From the NCBI GenBank assembly GCA_016748015.1, contig JAAOMT010000664.1, positions 935,518 through 999,517 of the forward strand: 64,000 nucleotides of DNA, in the 5' to 3' direction. Below the pieces are notes generated by a model that saw only the letters and a list, made by a program, of their open reading frames with translations, was not told the DNA's origin and did not search any database. Of the stretch, positions 48,972 to 63,272 are shown piece by piece. A program made the position numbers and the translations under genes. The DNA is from Geosiphon pyriformis uo1 (Eukaryota; Fungi; Glomeromycota). The stretch's first letter is position 1. The number at the start of each line of letters is the position of its first letter.

Positions 48972-49631
48972 CTTTTTTGAACTTGATGTTTTTTTTCGAA
49001 TTTTTTAAAATCAAGATTATTCTATATTATCTGTTTCTAGAAAGAAAGAACTAAATTTTTTAGTCTTACAATAATTGCTTTTATATATAAATTATCGGGG
49101 AAATTTTCCGTTTTTAAACAAGATTGATCACTCTCCGCATTTTTATTTACTTTTTTACTTATTTTATTTGTTCGTTTTTCATTCATTAATTCATTAATTA
49201 ATTCGTTCGTTTGTTTTTACTTGTTAGAACGCTGTTCTTACATCACGCGACAAGATATTTTGCTTAATTTAGGTTTATACAGTGTGTGTGAAATCAAAAA
49301 GTTTTTAAACTTTTGGTAGTTAAAAGTTTCCCCAATAATTCGTCAATCTAAAAGAAAGACAATGTTATTATATATATATATATCTCTACTTTTCAAATGC
49401 AACTAATCTCTCGTGGGTTATATAGTTTCTATCAGAATACAGTAATTTTTAATTGTATCACTAGAAAGGGAATTTATGAAAAATTCTATCAAATGTTGAT
49501 GTTGATGTTGATGATAAATATTAGGCTTTGATTTTTTTCAAAATTTAAATATCTTTTTTATGATGATGGAAAGAAGTCAATATTATAAAGGGTAACTAAA
49601 TCAGAGCTTAGCCTTAACTGAATATCATCAA

Positions 49632-49677
<46 letters not shown>

Positions 49678-51677
49678 CTATTATTATTTATTATTATTGT
49701 TAATATCATCATCATCAATATCATCATCAAGTCAATATTTTCAAACAAATATTATGAAATATGCAAAGTGCTACAAATTTCATGTCACCAAAATTTCCCA
49801 TCATGTCACAAATATGTCAAAATTTCATAAGAAAATTTAAATACACAATTAATCAAGTAATCTATATGTAAATCAGATATTTTGACAAGCTTCATAATCT
49901 TTAGCCTCGTCTACAATCACAATCTAGGCTCCCTGTCTATTCCATAGAATAACGCCCAAATTTATAATAGGTCATATTATCTGCGTCGTATCTAAAATGG
50001 ACTTTCAACATGCAGTGGTAGATCTTTTGAGTTTTAGCGCTGTTTATCCGAACCCATATTATTATTCATGTGCATTGTATGTGATGCGAGAAAAAGTCAT
50101 CCGACATTTTTCGGCAAGTTGTAGTTCATTCATGTTCAAAGACCAAAAAGGTTATTATTTCAAAAATGCAAGTTGTTTGAATAGGTTAGAATCAGGGGTA
50201 TAAAAGTAAGATTGGTAATATAAACCTTTGAAGCTTACAAATGGAAAATCATAAATTTATGAATTTTACTACATTCCCCAAATCTTTTATTCTGAATATA
50301 ATTTGTTCAAAACTTGTTAGACGGTCAAAGAGAAGAGTAAAACGTCAGGGGAATTTTAATTCTTTATACGTTTTTGGACCATCATTTGAATATATTAATT
50401 TATCTATTTATTTATCTATTTATTTATTATCTATTTATTTATTTATTTATCTATTTATCTATTTATTTATCTATTTATCTATTTATCTATTTATTTATTT
50501 ATCTATTTATTTATTTATTTATTCTTAATCTCGACCATTCAATGTAAACGTGATGAGCAAAATACTGTAAAAAAAAACCGGTAAAAAGTTCAAGTGTTTT
50601 GAATAAATCTTTTAGATTTCCTCTTTTTAATCTCTGATTTATAGAGGTGATTGTAAGTAGAATTGCAAAAGAAAAAAAAAATCTTGATCAAAAAATGCAA
50701 CGCATTGCTAAATTTGATTAAACCATCAAAGATCTTCGAAAATGATCAACTTTGTACATCTTTATTTAATCAGTGATTAATTTAAAAAAATCTTATTAAA
50801 ACGCAAAATCATCATCCCTTTCTATTTGATCAAGATTCATTGGAAAATCTTTAGCAAAACGGGGTGTTTCATCCAAGTAAAGTAATATTGAATCTGTGGA
50901 GAAAAAAACTCGGCAACCTCCAAGAAGCACAAGGATTGCACTAATTTAAAAATTGTTTAGTTTGAAAATAAAAAAGATACAGAAAAATCCGAAAAGGCCA
51001 ACAAAAGGTTTCACAAAACATTGATGGTGAGGGGAGGGGGGGGTGGGGTGGGGTGGGGTCAGGGATAAATGAGAAGAAATGCCAAGTACCATTAATTTCG
51101 GAAAAAAGATTACGTGTTTAAAAATAAAAAAATTGAAAAAAGATAATGTATAAATTTAAGTTAGCAAAAAAAATCTTTTTTAATGAAACTCATAGTAATT
51201 TTAACCAATTTTGAAAAAAACCTGACGGATAAAATTAAGGGGTACATGATAATAATTGAACCTAATTAGTGATCTTTTTCAAAAGATCGTAAACAATAAA
51301 CTTGCAGAAAATCTTGAAGATTTTTAATAAAGACTACTGTTGAAGGATAACCGGAATAGAGTTTTTTTCTAATTTGTAAAAGAGGTTTAATGTCTCGGCT
51401 TTTTTTTGTTCTAGACTTTTATTTTATTTTATTAAGATTATCAACCTTTTTCTTGTTTGAAAAAACAAAAAAAAAACTTTTTCGAAAAATGAATAGAGGT
51501 TTTGATGATACGCACACTTTGTTAATCGCACATCAAATGATGAAAATAGAAGCTAATCCCAAAATATATTCATATGATTGTGTTTTCAATCTTCAAAATT
51601 CCATGAAAATCTTTATACTGTACATTTAGATAATCATATTTCAAAAATGACTAAAATTAAAATAAAATGATTGATTG

Positions 51678-51730
51678 ATTGGTTAGTTGGTTGTTTGGTT
51701 AATTAGTTAGTTAGTTAGTTAGTTAGTTAA

Positions 51731-51769
<39 letters not shown>

Positions 51770-51865
51770 ATTAGTTGGTTAGTTAGTTAGTTAATTGGTT
51801 AGTTAGTTAATTAGTTAGTTAGTTAGTTAGTTAGTTAGTTGGTCAGTTAGTAAATTAGTAGTTGA

Positions 51866-51895
<30 letters not shown>
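51678..51895 (+). repeat. (TTAG)n microsatellite with variant units
   Basis: Seen directly. Confidence 0.9.
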
Positions 51896-51896
<1 letters not shown>

Positions 51897-52279
51897 ATAA
51901 TAATAATAAATAAAAAAATTTAAAAAATTGAAATATATGTGTAAATATATTTCTTATTTTTAATAAATAATCATTTATTTTCATATCATTAAATATCCAT
52001 AATAAAATATTGTTTTTAAACATAAATATTTCAATATTTAAATTCAAATATTTTTTAATTACAACAACAACAAAAAAAAAACAATAACAATAACAATAAC
52101 AATAACAGACAAAAACAGACAAAAACAAAAAAAAAGTTAAATATCATTATTTAATGTAAAATTTATTAAAACCATAAAATTTTTAATTCATCTTTAACTC
52201 AATCTTTAAAAAAGTATAATTTATTTAAAGCAGAATCGATTCAGGATAAAATGAATTAAAAAAAAAAAAAAAAAAAAAA

Positions 52280-52299
52280 NNNNNNNNNNNNNNNNNNNN
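52280..52299. other. Assembly gap flanked by poly(A) and poly(T)
   Basis: 20 N. Confidence 1.
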
Positions 52300-54258
52300 T
52301 TTTTTTTTTTTTTTTTTTTTTTTTCGTGGGTAAAAACTTTATTTTCAATGTTATAAATTAATCATAAATTATAAACAAGATTTAATTTAATTTAATTTAT
52401 TTTTATTTTTATTTTTATTTTTTTTATTTTTATTTTTTTTCAACAACATATTTTAGATTAGCTCATGATTGATAATCCTGTTCAAAAAAAAAAAAATTAC
52501 TTCAAAATTGTATGCGGTCTTTTTGAGACTCATGACGTTTGTTTGTCATTAAAATAATAATAATAATAATACCGAAACATGAATGCTATTTATAAAAGGA
52601 TCCTTCACGAAAGAAATGATATTTTATTTTTAAAAAAAATTTTCACAGCATTTCATTTTAAATTTTTATTTGAAATTAGAAAGAGGTTTTAAAAGAGATG
52701 GATAAATTTAGATCACAGATTCTTAAATTAGTTTCATTTCATTAATCAAAAAAAAAATTTTTAATATTCTTCTTCAAAAATTACCAATTTTAAAAAACCT
52801 AATTGAAAAGTTGTAAAAACTATATATATTTTTGATTAATTAAGAAAAAAAAATTTTTTTTTATGGTTGTGAAACATTCAAAAAATTTAAAAAAAAAAAT
52901 TCAATCATCAAAATCTAAATATTTCACACGCCCAAGCACAACGAAAATAAAATTTCCACCTTTGCATTTCGAAACAATGAGATGCACGTCGTCATAAGCC
53001 ACTTTGATTGATCTTAACGGCAGGGTCTCACATCAGTGGTGTGAACTCTACATTTTGATAAACAAATATACCCCACATCGTGCACGGCGCAAAACTCTCA
53101 TGTTATGCACAATGGAATTCTTTGCATTGTTCCCAGTGGTACCAAAAACTGAAATGAAATATCAACGCAAAATTTCTTTTTTTGGAACTGGAGTAAAAGA
53201 AAAAAAAATCAAAGTTGACTTTTTTACAAGAATTAAATCTCAATTAAAATATCATTGTTTTAAAAAATTATAAAATACTAATTATAATAATCTCCATATA
53301 TATATATTTATATATTTATATATTTATAAAATATTGCCAATGATGTTCCTAATACTTTGTGAAATTACTTAAGCATAACATTTTGGCAAAAAAAAAAAAT
53401 TTTACAGAGTACCGAGCCCGGAAGGTTCTCCAACTTCCGATCGTGTCTGTACGCCGTTTCTTCCCCGCATTTATTATGTGCAATCTTTTTTGTTGATCAG
53501 CTGCATGATTGATTAAATCTTTTACCCGATTTAAGAACAATATGTTTCATTTTAGAGCAGTATATTATTTTTAGATAATTCAGATAAACAAGATCTATAT
53601 GGTATTGAGATGTGCTTGTTTTATTGTTGAAATCTTTTTTCTGGCTAATTTTCGACAAATTAAATTTTTTCGAAATAAGTTAACTCTGAAAAAAAAAAAA
53701 AAATTTAATTACCATTGTATTTGATAAAACAATATTAAAAGAAAATATTCGGTGAAAAGTTCTTTTTAACGCATATTTCTTGGCATCTAGATCAAATTAA
53801 CATTGTCGATGTTTATTAGTTATTGCTCGAGCACAGTTTTTCCCCAGATTTGTAAACGTTGACCGATGTGATGCACATGTACATCTTAGCGTAAGACCTC
53901 AAAAACTCCTTTATGAAAAAGAAAAGGGAAAAAAGAATAAATTTTTTTTAATTATTAAACATTCACCAAATTTTTTTTCTCTTAAAACTTTTCCCTTTCT
54001 GGATTATTATTATTTTTTTATGCTTAATTAAAAAAAAAAATAAAGAAGGTTATGAATAAAGATTTTTTAATTTTTTCATTGTTTGGAAAATTCAAAGAGA
54101 AATTGATTTTTAAATAATAAATAAATAACTCCTTTCTATTGTTCATTGAAAATTGTCCCAAAAGGGAATTTCTCTTTTTGAGAAAGAAAAAACCCCAAAG
54201 ACGCCACAAAAGATTACAATGAATCTAAAGATTTCATAAAACAAATACAAATTATTTC

Positions 54259-54301
<43 letters not shown>

Positions 54302-55727
54302 CTATTATTATTATTATAATTATTATTATTAAAAAACTTTTTTTCCTATGCATATAAATTCGGCGTAATGCAAATCTATTTGGCGTAGAAATTCAATTAA
54401 AACAGATGTGAACGTCGTCAATACTTCAATTTTCCAAAAAAAGAAATCATAATTTTTCTTGCATAAACAAAAATGTGTTATTTTTTGTCATGTGTCCTAA
54501 TTTTTTCGAAATAGACAATTGCTCATTGTTTAAAAAATAAAAGACTCAGAAAATCAATCGTCTATACAATTTAGCCAATATGAATTTATATGTGCGCCTT
54601 CGGCCTTTTTGTATTTTCCCCAGCTTCTTTTAAGATTTCCAATTATAAAACAAAACCTTTCTGAAACTGACTTTAATATATAATTTTGGGTTCGATATGC
54701 ATTAAAAAGATCTGAAAAGATGGCACCCTTGCATCTTCTCTCATTGTGCAGTAAAATGATCTGAAACCTGTGAGGTGTCTTTATTTTTATTTTTATTTTT
54801 ATTTTTATTTTATATTGAAACTCATTGAAAAATCAATTCAAATTTTCAAAGGAACTTCAAAGACAATTATCGGCTATTGAGACTCATTGTTCAAAGTTTT
54901 TTTTTTTTTTTTTTTACTGTCCAACTTAATGCAATGCAACAGAGCAATTTTTGGAAAAATTGAATTGAACCAAAAAAGCCTTCCCTTACCTCACGGCTTA
55001 TTCAAAAAGGAGTTATCTTTTATCGATCAACTGCATAAATATTCTTACCATCAGAGAAAATTTTTTCTTCTACAATTGGACAATTCTTTTTTACCTTTCT
55101 TATGGCTAAAAAAAAACCTTGAAATTATGGTTTAAAATTATTAAAATGGAACTGCTATTATAAGCCTCATATGGCAACTCACGATAATAGAAAGTACGAG
55201 GACATGGTAAATTTTGAATAATTTTAAAAAAAAAAAATTTTGTTCGTAAATTAAAAAAATTTATTAATCGGATAATTGATGATAAAAATAATTTTCAAAA
55301 ATACCATTCAATCATTCAAATAATATTTTTAAACACTTTTATACTATATTGTATATTTTTATTTTTATTTTTATTTTAAACGGTACACACATAAAAAAAA
55401 TATTTTTATCCATCTTAATTTGACTAATGAAAAATACAAATATGATTTATCTGTAAATTTAAAAAAATTCATTATAATAATCTGAAAAAATGGTAATTAA
55501 TTTGTAAATTAATGCTATTTTTTAATTTTATTCTAAAGATGAGAAATTTTTTTGAAAATAAAAAATAATTATATGTGAAATCATAAGTATCTGATAAGAA
55601 TTATTTAAAAAAAACTTTTTTATTATTGCATTTATATATTAAAATGATATTTACTTGATTAAAAATTCACATTTGAAATTTAATATAATTAATTTTGAGT
55701 CTACAAAAACAATTATAATAATAATCA

Positions 55728-55760
<33 letters not shown>

Positions 55761-55775
55761 GAAAATAAAGTAACC

Positions 55776-55975
55776 CTACCCGAGAATAATCTCGAATATT
55801 TTTGCTCTAATATTAAGCTTCTTAAAAATCAACATATGTTCCTTCTTTTTAACACAGTTATTTGACAATGCTCGTCGAAAATAAGGAGAGCGAGCACGAA
55901 AAATGATATAATGAGCTTGAAACTTTTTAAGCTTGGCTTTTTCCACAGCTTTAATAATCACGTTATATTCATGAA
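55776..55975 (-). pseudogene. Truncated BTB-domain exon, a paralog fragment of the 58562 gene
   Basis: FQAHYIIFRARSPYFRRALSNNCVKKKEHMLIFKK..I.AKIFEIILG closely matches exon 1 of the 58562 gene. No start region or second exon is visible. Confidence 0.8.
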
Positions 55976-56605
55976 TGGATGACGTATAGTAATCTCAAAA
56001 GATATGCGTGAATAAAGAGATTTGTTCAACAAAAAATAATTTTAGGCAAATTCACCTGAATCACATATTCACATCACACGTTCTCTTTGTAGTAAAAAAT
56101 AAAAGCTTTTAACAAAATAGACATAATATATTTGTTTGTTAAGTAGGTATTGAGTTTTTTTTTCCTGAAAACTGACCCTTATATAAGTAAAAAAACAAAA
56201 ATTTTTTATAAAAATGTTATAAAAAGAAATTTCTTTGAATAGGTTTGAGTGAAAATTTGAATGTATTTTTTAAAGCCAAAAACCCTTTCACAAAAGCTTT
56301 TAAAAGATAAATATGTATAGTTCTTACATTATTTCATGTGAGTTAGGATTAAAAAAATTCAGGACATTTTTTTTTCAATTTTAATTCATTCAGGAAAGGC
56401 TAATAAATTTACTTCATCAAAAATGTTAATCTCTTCGTAAAATCAATCGCGAATCTTCGATTTTGGAAATTTCTCTAATTCAAAGTTTGTCCGTGAAAAT
56501 GTTTATATAAATAAACACAAGCTGAATTAAAAAGGACAGTTTAGATGTTTCATTTTATACTTGAGACACTTAATACTTAAAAAATATTTCAGACTTAATG
56601 ATAAA

Positions 56606-58043
56606 ATGCATTCCCAAATTAAATATTTTTCAAATTTTTTATTTGCCTTAATGATGGCTTGCTTTTATTATGATCAAAGTCTATACAAGATATTCTTTCG
56701 GTCGTTGCAAGATCCAGAGGTTTTCAGTAGTGGTATTTTAGAAATAAAGGAAACTAAAGATAATTTAATAGATGGTGCAAAAAATTTTAGCGTTATAGGT
56801 ATGGAAAAATCATATAAATTGAAACCATATTGTTAAACTAAATTAATGCTTATTTTTTGGAAAAAGTGAAAAGAAATGATATTCATGGAATGCAAATCCC
56901 GGTAAAACCAAAATTAATACAATCAGCAAAAATACATATCTCTGAAGAGAACATACCAAAATTTCTGAAAAGGATGGCTGAAGTCGCAAACTATCCCTAC
57001 TGTTCCCCACATAAAAATGAAATTGGACAACATATTAAAGAGGAAAACATCATTGGTAAATTTTATCGAACCTTTCTTTTTTATGATTTTTCAGGGATTT
57101 TACAATGAATTTTGAATTCAATGATGATTTTCGAATTAAATAGCTCACATCAATCAAAGGGAATTTGATAGAGGAGACATCCTGATTTATTTTCGAGGAG
57201 CACATCTCACTAAGGAAGAATGGAAAAGAAGAACCTTTCATCTTTCTAGGTTAGATTGGCACGAAGAATCTGACAAGATGGTCCTTGTGGATCATACATG
57301 GGTTAAGCATGTTAAACAAATGATGCCTTATATCTTCAAGAAAATCGAATATATTCTTGATACAACAGATGCTTTACGCTTTGAACTTTTTTTCATTGGT
57401 CATGGAATAGGGGGAGGTAAATTGTTAATTGTATAGTCATTTGGGTTTGAATTGATGCATTAAATCCATGTGTTGATTACAAAAATTTATATTTATAAAG
57501 CATATGCTACTATAGCCTCTTTGCTTTTTCGACATACTATTTTAACCTCAAGTTCTGAAAGTTTGAAGAGAGGTGCTTTTGGATTTTGTCTAGTAACTTT
57601 CGGTGCCCCACGAATTGGAAATTTGGATTTTGTAAAATTCAGCAAAAGGGTGATGAGTAATCATCGCATTTACCGTGTGACTCATTCAAATGACGATATT
57701 CCTCGAGAGTCAATGCCCAAGAGTAAATTATTACATCTTGAAAAAGAGTACTGGATTTCTAAACCAAATTGTGATTGTGATTCCCAAGATATTAAAGATT
57801 ATGATATCTACAGTTGTATTCAAAGAACAAGTCAAAATAAAATTGATGAGCACCCGGTAAGCACAAAAATCTGGATAGTTTTTTGAGCTCAAAAATTAAT
57901 CTTATTGTTCTGGCTACAAATAATTTTTTTTTCAGGAGTGTAACCTTGGTACCATTAACAATTCAAATGAAAATATTGCTCATTTCGGGCCATATTTTGG
58001 AGTAACAATAGGTAATTGTACTGGTTTAGAGGGTGAACCTTAA
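56606..58043 (+). CDS. Class-3 lipase-like alpha/beta hydrolase with GHGIGG instead of GHSxGG, 5 exons
   Basis: Hydrophobic N-terminus; MAEVANYPYC, ILIYFRG, FIGHGIGG|AYA, VTFGAPRIGN, RVTHSNDDIP, EYWI, ECN, AHFGPYFG. Exons 56606-56798, 56867-57055, 57144-57416, ~57501-57856, 57936-58043. Confidence 0.85.
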
Positions 58044-58561
58044 TCAAATATTGGCAATAGTTTTTTAAAAACATATAATTCAAAGAAAAATCCAGCCCTA
58101 AAAATTAATTAACGTATTAATGCTTTCATATAAATAAATTAATTAAAGTGTTTAAATATGTTTATTAAACTGGATCTTCCATTGATAATAAAAGGATATT
58201 TTAATTTTTTCTGTTTTCATGTTTTATAGCACTAAGTCATTAGATATAGATAGTACAAAAATAAATAATTGGGAAACATTAAATCACTTCTTACTTGTAT
58301 TTTTCCTTAAAAGTTTAGTTAATTTATTAGCATAAACATATTGTGCATAATAATATATTATTTTCCTATTGTTAAAACCAATTTTGAATTACATTGTGTG
58401 TATTACTAATAACTTGATTTTTTATAAATAACAATTATAATCAAAGTAGCAGTATAAATTCAATCGCGAAAAGATCATATCTACAAAACATATGTTGATG
58501 AGTTGAAGCTAAAGACACATCAAAGTTTTTACATTTCTTTACCTTTTTATATTAATTATCA

Positions 58562-60114
58562 ATGGCTAAGTTTACCGAAACTCTTATCCATGACCTTGAC
58601 GAGTTATTGCAACATTCTGATGAATATAATCTGATTATTGAAGCTGGAGAAAAAGCCGAGCTTCAACAATTTCAAGCTCACTCGATTATTCTTCGTGCTC
58701 GTTCTCCTTATTTTCGAAGAGCATTGTCAAATGAATGGGCCAAAAAGAAGGAACATATATTGATTTTTAAGAAGCCTAATATTGCAGCAAAAATATTCGA
58801 GATTATCCTCGGGTGGGGTTAATTTATTTTCTTCCTAATAATCATATAAATATAAAGAAAGATGAAAAAATTTAAATATCTTAATTTTTAATGCTAATTT
58901 TTAGATATATGTATACCGGAATGATTGATTTGAATAAAGAAAAGGGGGTGGATGTCTTGCAAATACTGATAGCGGCTGATGAGCTTGAACTTCTCGAGTT
59001 AATCAATTATTGCCAAGAGCATCTTATTGAAAAGGAATCTAAATGGCTGCAAGAAAATGCTGTTAAAACCATGCAAACAGTTTCTTATCATGAAGCTTTT
59101 GGAAAACTGAAGGAGCATTATTCTCGAATGGTTGAGGATAACCCAGATTTTATCTTTAAATCAAATGACTTCCTTTCTTTGGAAGAATCGGTTCTTGTGT
59201 TCTTGCTAGAAGTAGGTGACCTTAATATGGAGGAAATTGAAGTGTGGAAATCTCTAATCAAATGGGGTATTGGAAACACGCCAAGACTTGTCGAAAAGAA
59301 GTTAGTGAGTTGGAGCGCAGAAGATTTTGCTGCACTTGAGAAAACCATTCACAAATGCATCCCATTGATAAGATATTGTGACATCTCTGGGGGTGACTAT
59401 TTTGACCATGTCATACCATATAAAAAAGTTTTACCAAAGAACTTCAAGAATGTAATCTGGGCATACTATCTTAAATCTATACGTCAACCACCGCTTGATA
59501 TTCTTCCACCCCGAGCTCGTTTCGCCCAATCTCTGATCATAAAATCACGACATGTTAATATCATCTCTTCATGGATTGACAAAAAGGCTGCTACAGCGAA
59601 TTACGAATATCCCTACACCTTCAACCTTATATATCGAGGCAGTCGTGATGGCTTTACAGGAAGAAGTTTTCGAAATATATGTGCCGAATACGTAAAGACC
59701 GTTGTCGTAGCCAAGATAGCTGGATCTGGGAAAATTGTGGGAGGCTATAATCCCACACAGTGGGGTGATCGTGTTAATAGATTCACTGAAAGGGGTTATA
59801 AATCTTTTCCTGTTAATAGAGTCACTAAAGTTGGTTATAACCATTTTAGTGCGCCTGATGCTTTTATTTTTAACTTGGGTGATGGGAAAAATTCTAACCT
59901 TATAAAGGTTGCTCATAGTACAAGTGGAAATCAAATAGCGTATGATCCCAATTGTGGACCATATTTTTATAGTGATTTATTCTTTGGCAATAGTTCTAAC
60001 GAGATAGAATCATGCTGGTATAAGCCGAGCTCCTATAAACCTCAAATTTTTGATAATGAATTTAGTTTTCACCTTGATGAGTTGGAAGTATTTCGGGTAA
60101 TAAAAAATATATAA
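58562..60114 (+). CDS. BTB/POZ-BACK-TLDc domain protein (2 exons)
   Basis: FQAHSIILRARSPYFRRALS; intron 58813-58904; YMYTG, LIAADELEL, EIEVWKSLIKWG, FNLIYRGSRDGF, IVGGYNP, GPYF, ELEVF. Confidence 0.93.
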
Positions 60115-61851
60115 AACTACCATATCAATGGCTAAGCAAAACGTGGCTTTTTGTAAATGAGATTTTATTTGGTATTTATAATTCTTTTAATAATTATGTG
60201 TTTACTTCTATCTGATTTGGCTTGAATCTTACTCAATAATATATTTTTGATAAATCTAGAAAATTATATTCAGAGCCAATGTTTAAAAACTATGCTTATT
60301 TGTTTTCTAAAAAACCAATTAAAATGCAACCGCATTTTATCTTTGCTTTTCTACTCATTCGAGATAAATAAGACAAGCAATATCTCTTATTCTTTCGATA
60401 TCTTTAACTCGTATCAAATTTTTCAAAGAAAATTTATTAATATGTTACATATTATGATATGACTTGAGATTTTGGTTGAAATTCAAGTTAAATTTCATTT
60501 AAATTGTGTGTAATTTTTAATTATTCGGTATTTAAGGTACAAACGCCGGGTTGCCAGGAAAATCTTTATAGGGTGAGAATATTTAATTTAAGATGCTGTA
60601 AGGTTTTAAAAATGCTTAAAAACAATACAGTGATATCATCACAAACTTAAATTACATATATAATTAATTTCAAACATCATTAAAGATATACAACTTTTAT
60701 AGTTATTATACAAGTCCAAAATTCACTATTTTTTCCAACTAATATTTTAATATATAATTTGGATCTAGATTGTCAGATAAAATGAAACCCCTAGATTTAA
60801 GGCTATAATAAAATCACAAATTGTCAAAGAATTTATTTTCTTCAGTTTAATTTAATGTCTTTGTAAATTATAAAAATTTAATAAAATGTTATATATAATA
60901 AAAAACTTGAACTGATTCTAGTAAAAATTAAAATTAAAAAATGTAAGTTTTATATATTTATGTTTAAAATCCAAAAATTTAAAATTTATAAATATTTTTT
61001 CAATTTCATAAAGTGTTTTTAATAAATATTTAGCTAGTTTTATTTCTTAAAAAAGTTAAAAATTAATTTAAATTGAATTTTGCAAAAAAATTTTAAATCT
61101 ACATTTCATTATTATTAAAAATTAATATACATAAGATAAGTACAAACCAAAAATTAATCTTTTCAAATAACAAGAATTTATTTCCATAATACTGATATGT
61201 ATTCAAAAACAAAGCTTATATCTTCAATTTAACCAAGATAAATAACATAATACCATGTGTTTTGACTTTCATGCCTTTGTCAATTGCTTTAAAGCATGCT
61301 GTTATTTTATTTGAAACAAATCTTTGTCCTCGAATTATTTATTAACTATTTGTATATATCGCAATTTTATTATTTTTACTTAATCCAATCAATTGTATAA
61401 TGTTTATAAACTCAAATAACTTTTGAATGTTTTTTTACTATAAAAGTATGTAACAAATCTGTTGTTAACAACTTCAAATATTTTATGTATGTTTTTAAAA
61501 CATTTAAAAATTACATCTTTTAAATTTCATTTTTTTGTTTTTTGAATATATATTCTAATATATCACTTTTTTTGTTTTCTAATCAATTGTTTAATAAAAA
61601 CTAGATACAGTATTTTAAAAATCTTTTTATATTTAAAATATGACTGTACTCAGTACTTTCAAACCTAATATAGCATTAAGCTTTTAAAAAGATTGAAATT
61701 CATATTGTTTGCATTTTAGCGCATTGATCCAAAAAATTTCCAATTAAACTACTAGTATTAAAAAATTCAAATGGCTTTCTGTTTGCAATTGACCAAAGGT
61801 TTTAAAAACATAAAAAATGAGTAATGAATGGCTGCAATTAGGAAATCTTTA

Positions 61852-61977
61852 TTTATTATTTAATGCGTTAACTAAGTGTGATCCAACCACCTAATTATAC
61901 ATCATAATAAAAAATAGTTTTTCATTATGTATTAGGAGCGGCTCACGCGCTCTCTACATGTGACCAGCCATCCGGGA
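61852..61977 (-). mobile_element. 126-bp retroposed LINE 3' end (5'-truncated LINE or SINE-like) with 10-bp TSD
   Basis: TSD GAAATCTTTA at 61842-61851 and 61978-61987. The reverse complement shares TGGCTGGTCACRTGTAGA, TGATGTATARTT and CATTAAATAA plus an A-rich tail with the LINE 3'UTR at 13134-13240. Confidence 0.8.
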
Positions 61978-63272
61978 GAAATCTTTAAATAAATTCATTT
62001 TTGCTCTTCTTATTTTTTTCAAATTTATATCTCATTTCTCATACATTTATGCATTAGAAAAAACCATTATTAAAATTAAATAAAACAATTGTTTATTTAT
62101 AATAACTTTACGACTTAATTTATTAACAAAAAAATTGAACATTCTGCCTCATTTTTTAGATTAAAAATGCTTAGATTCTTAATTGACAACATTATTCCCA
62201 AGTATTTATGTAATTTTTTAAATTTAACTAAAACTTAAACTAATACTTCGAATTTACTAACTAATTGAAATTACAAATGGTTTCTCAACATAGATTAATA
62301 AATTATTGATTGTAAAAATTCATTTATTGTGCTTAAAATCTTTTAAGCAGCTGTGCAATTATGTATGGCTCAAATAATATTGTTTACAAAAGTTTTAACA
62401 GCAAAAAATGTTAATTTATTAGCTTTTCTACCTATTTTTTCTAACTTGTCTGAAAATCTGGTGTTCGTTTTGTATTTCAAAACTTTTTATTGCACTTAAT
62501 TATGCAATCGTTGAAAAAGTTTTATTTTAATGTTTAATATATTTAATAAATAATTTGATAATAACTGTTTGAAGTTATTAAATTTATTAAAAATATTACT
62601 TTTTTGGTTTAATTAAAACCTTTTTTAATCAATTATCATTAAATTTTTATATTATTTTGATTTTATTTTGCTTGTTTCTAATTGAAATTTTGATAATTGT
62701 ATTTATAAATTATTATTTCTTTTAAAGGTTTAAAAATTTTTGTTATGAGCTTTTTTCAATTAATAATTTATATTTAAAACAAAGTAATTTTATAAAATTA
62801 ATAAAAATAGAACTATTAACATTATTTCATATAAAAACATTTGTTTCTAATTATCATTAAGATGTTTTTGGATCCACTCCATTTATGCTTGTTTGTAAAC
62901 ATAGATGAGCATGTGAAATAGTACTATAAAATACCTTACTCTTTTTTGCACATATATTTTTTGAGCCAATCGCCTCGGCATGGTTTATTGTTTTAGTTTT
63001 TTAATGTATTATGTATTTTAGAAAAAAATATGTTTATTTAGACATTTAACTCTTTGGAATTATGTAAATCTTCATTTCACAGGTATGAAAAAGCTTTACT
63101 TTGGCTTTGTTTCCTAGATGCTAACATTTCACACAAGCAGTGATTCGATAAAAGATCAAAGCATCGAAAATTGAGTGATGTATATTTTATACTTTTAAAT
63201 CACGTGCAAGTTTTTTTGTAACACTTAAATGGAAAAATATTACATTTTGAAAAACTTTTAGGTATTATAAAC

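Noticed and set aside
51678-51895. Interstitial telomere repeat
   Set aside because: The unit is TTAG, not TTAGGG, and it is one of many SSRs in this region.
52255-52325. Poly(A)/poly(T) hairpin
   Set aside because: It spans an assembly gap, so the spacing is unknown.
60900-62800. Possible decayed transposase around the short retroposed insert
   Set aside because: The texture looks coding-like, but I could not assign a family motif.
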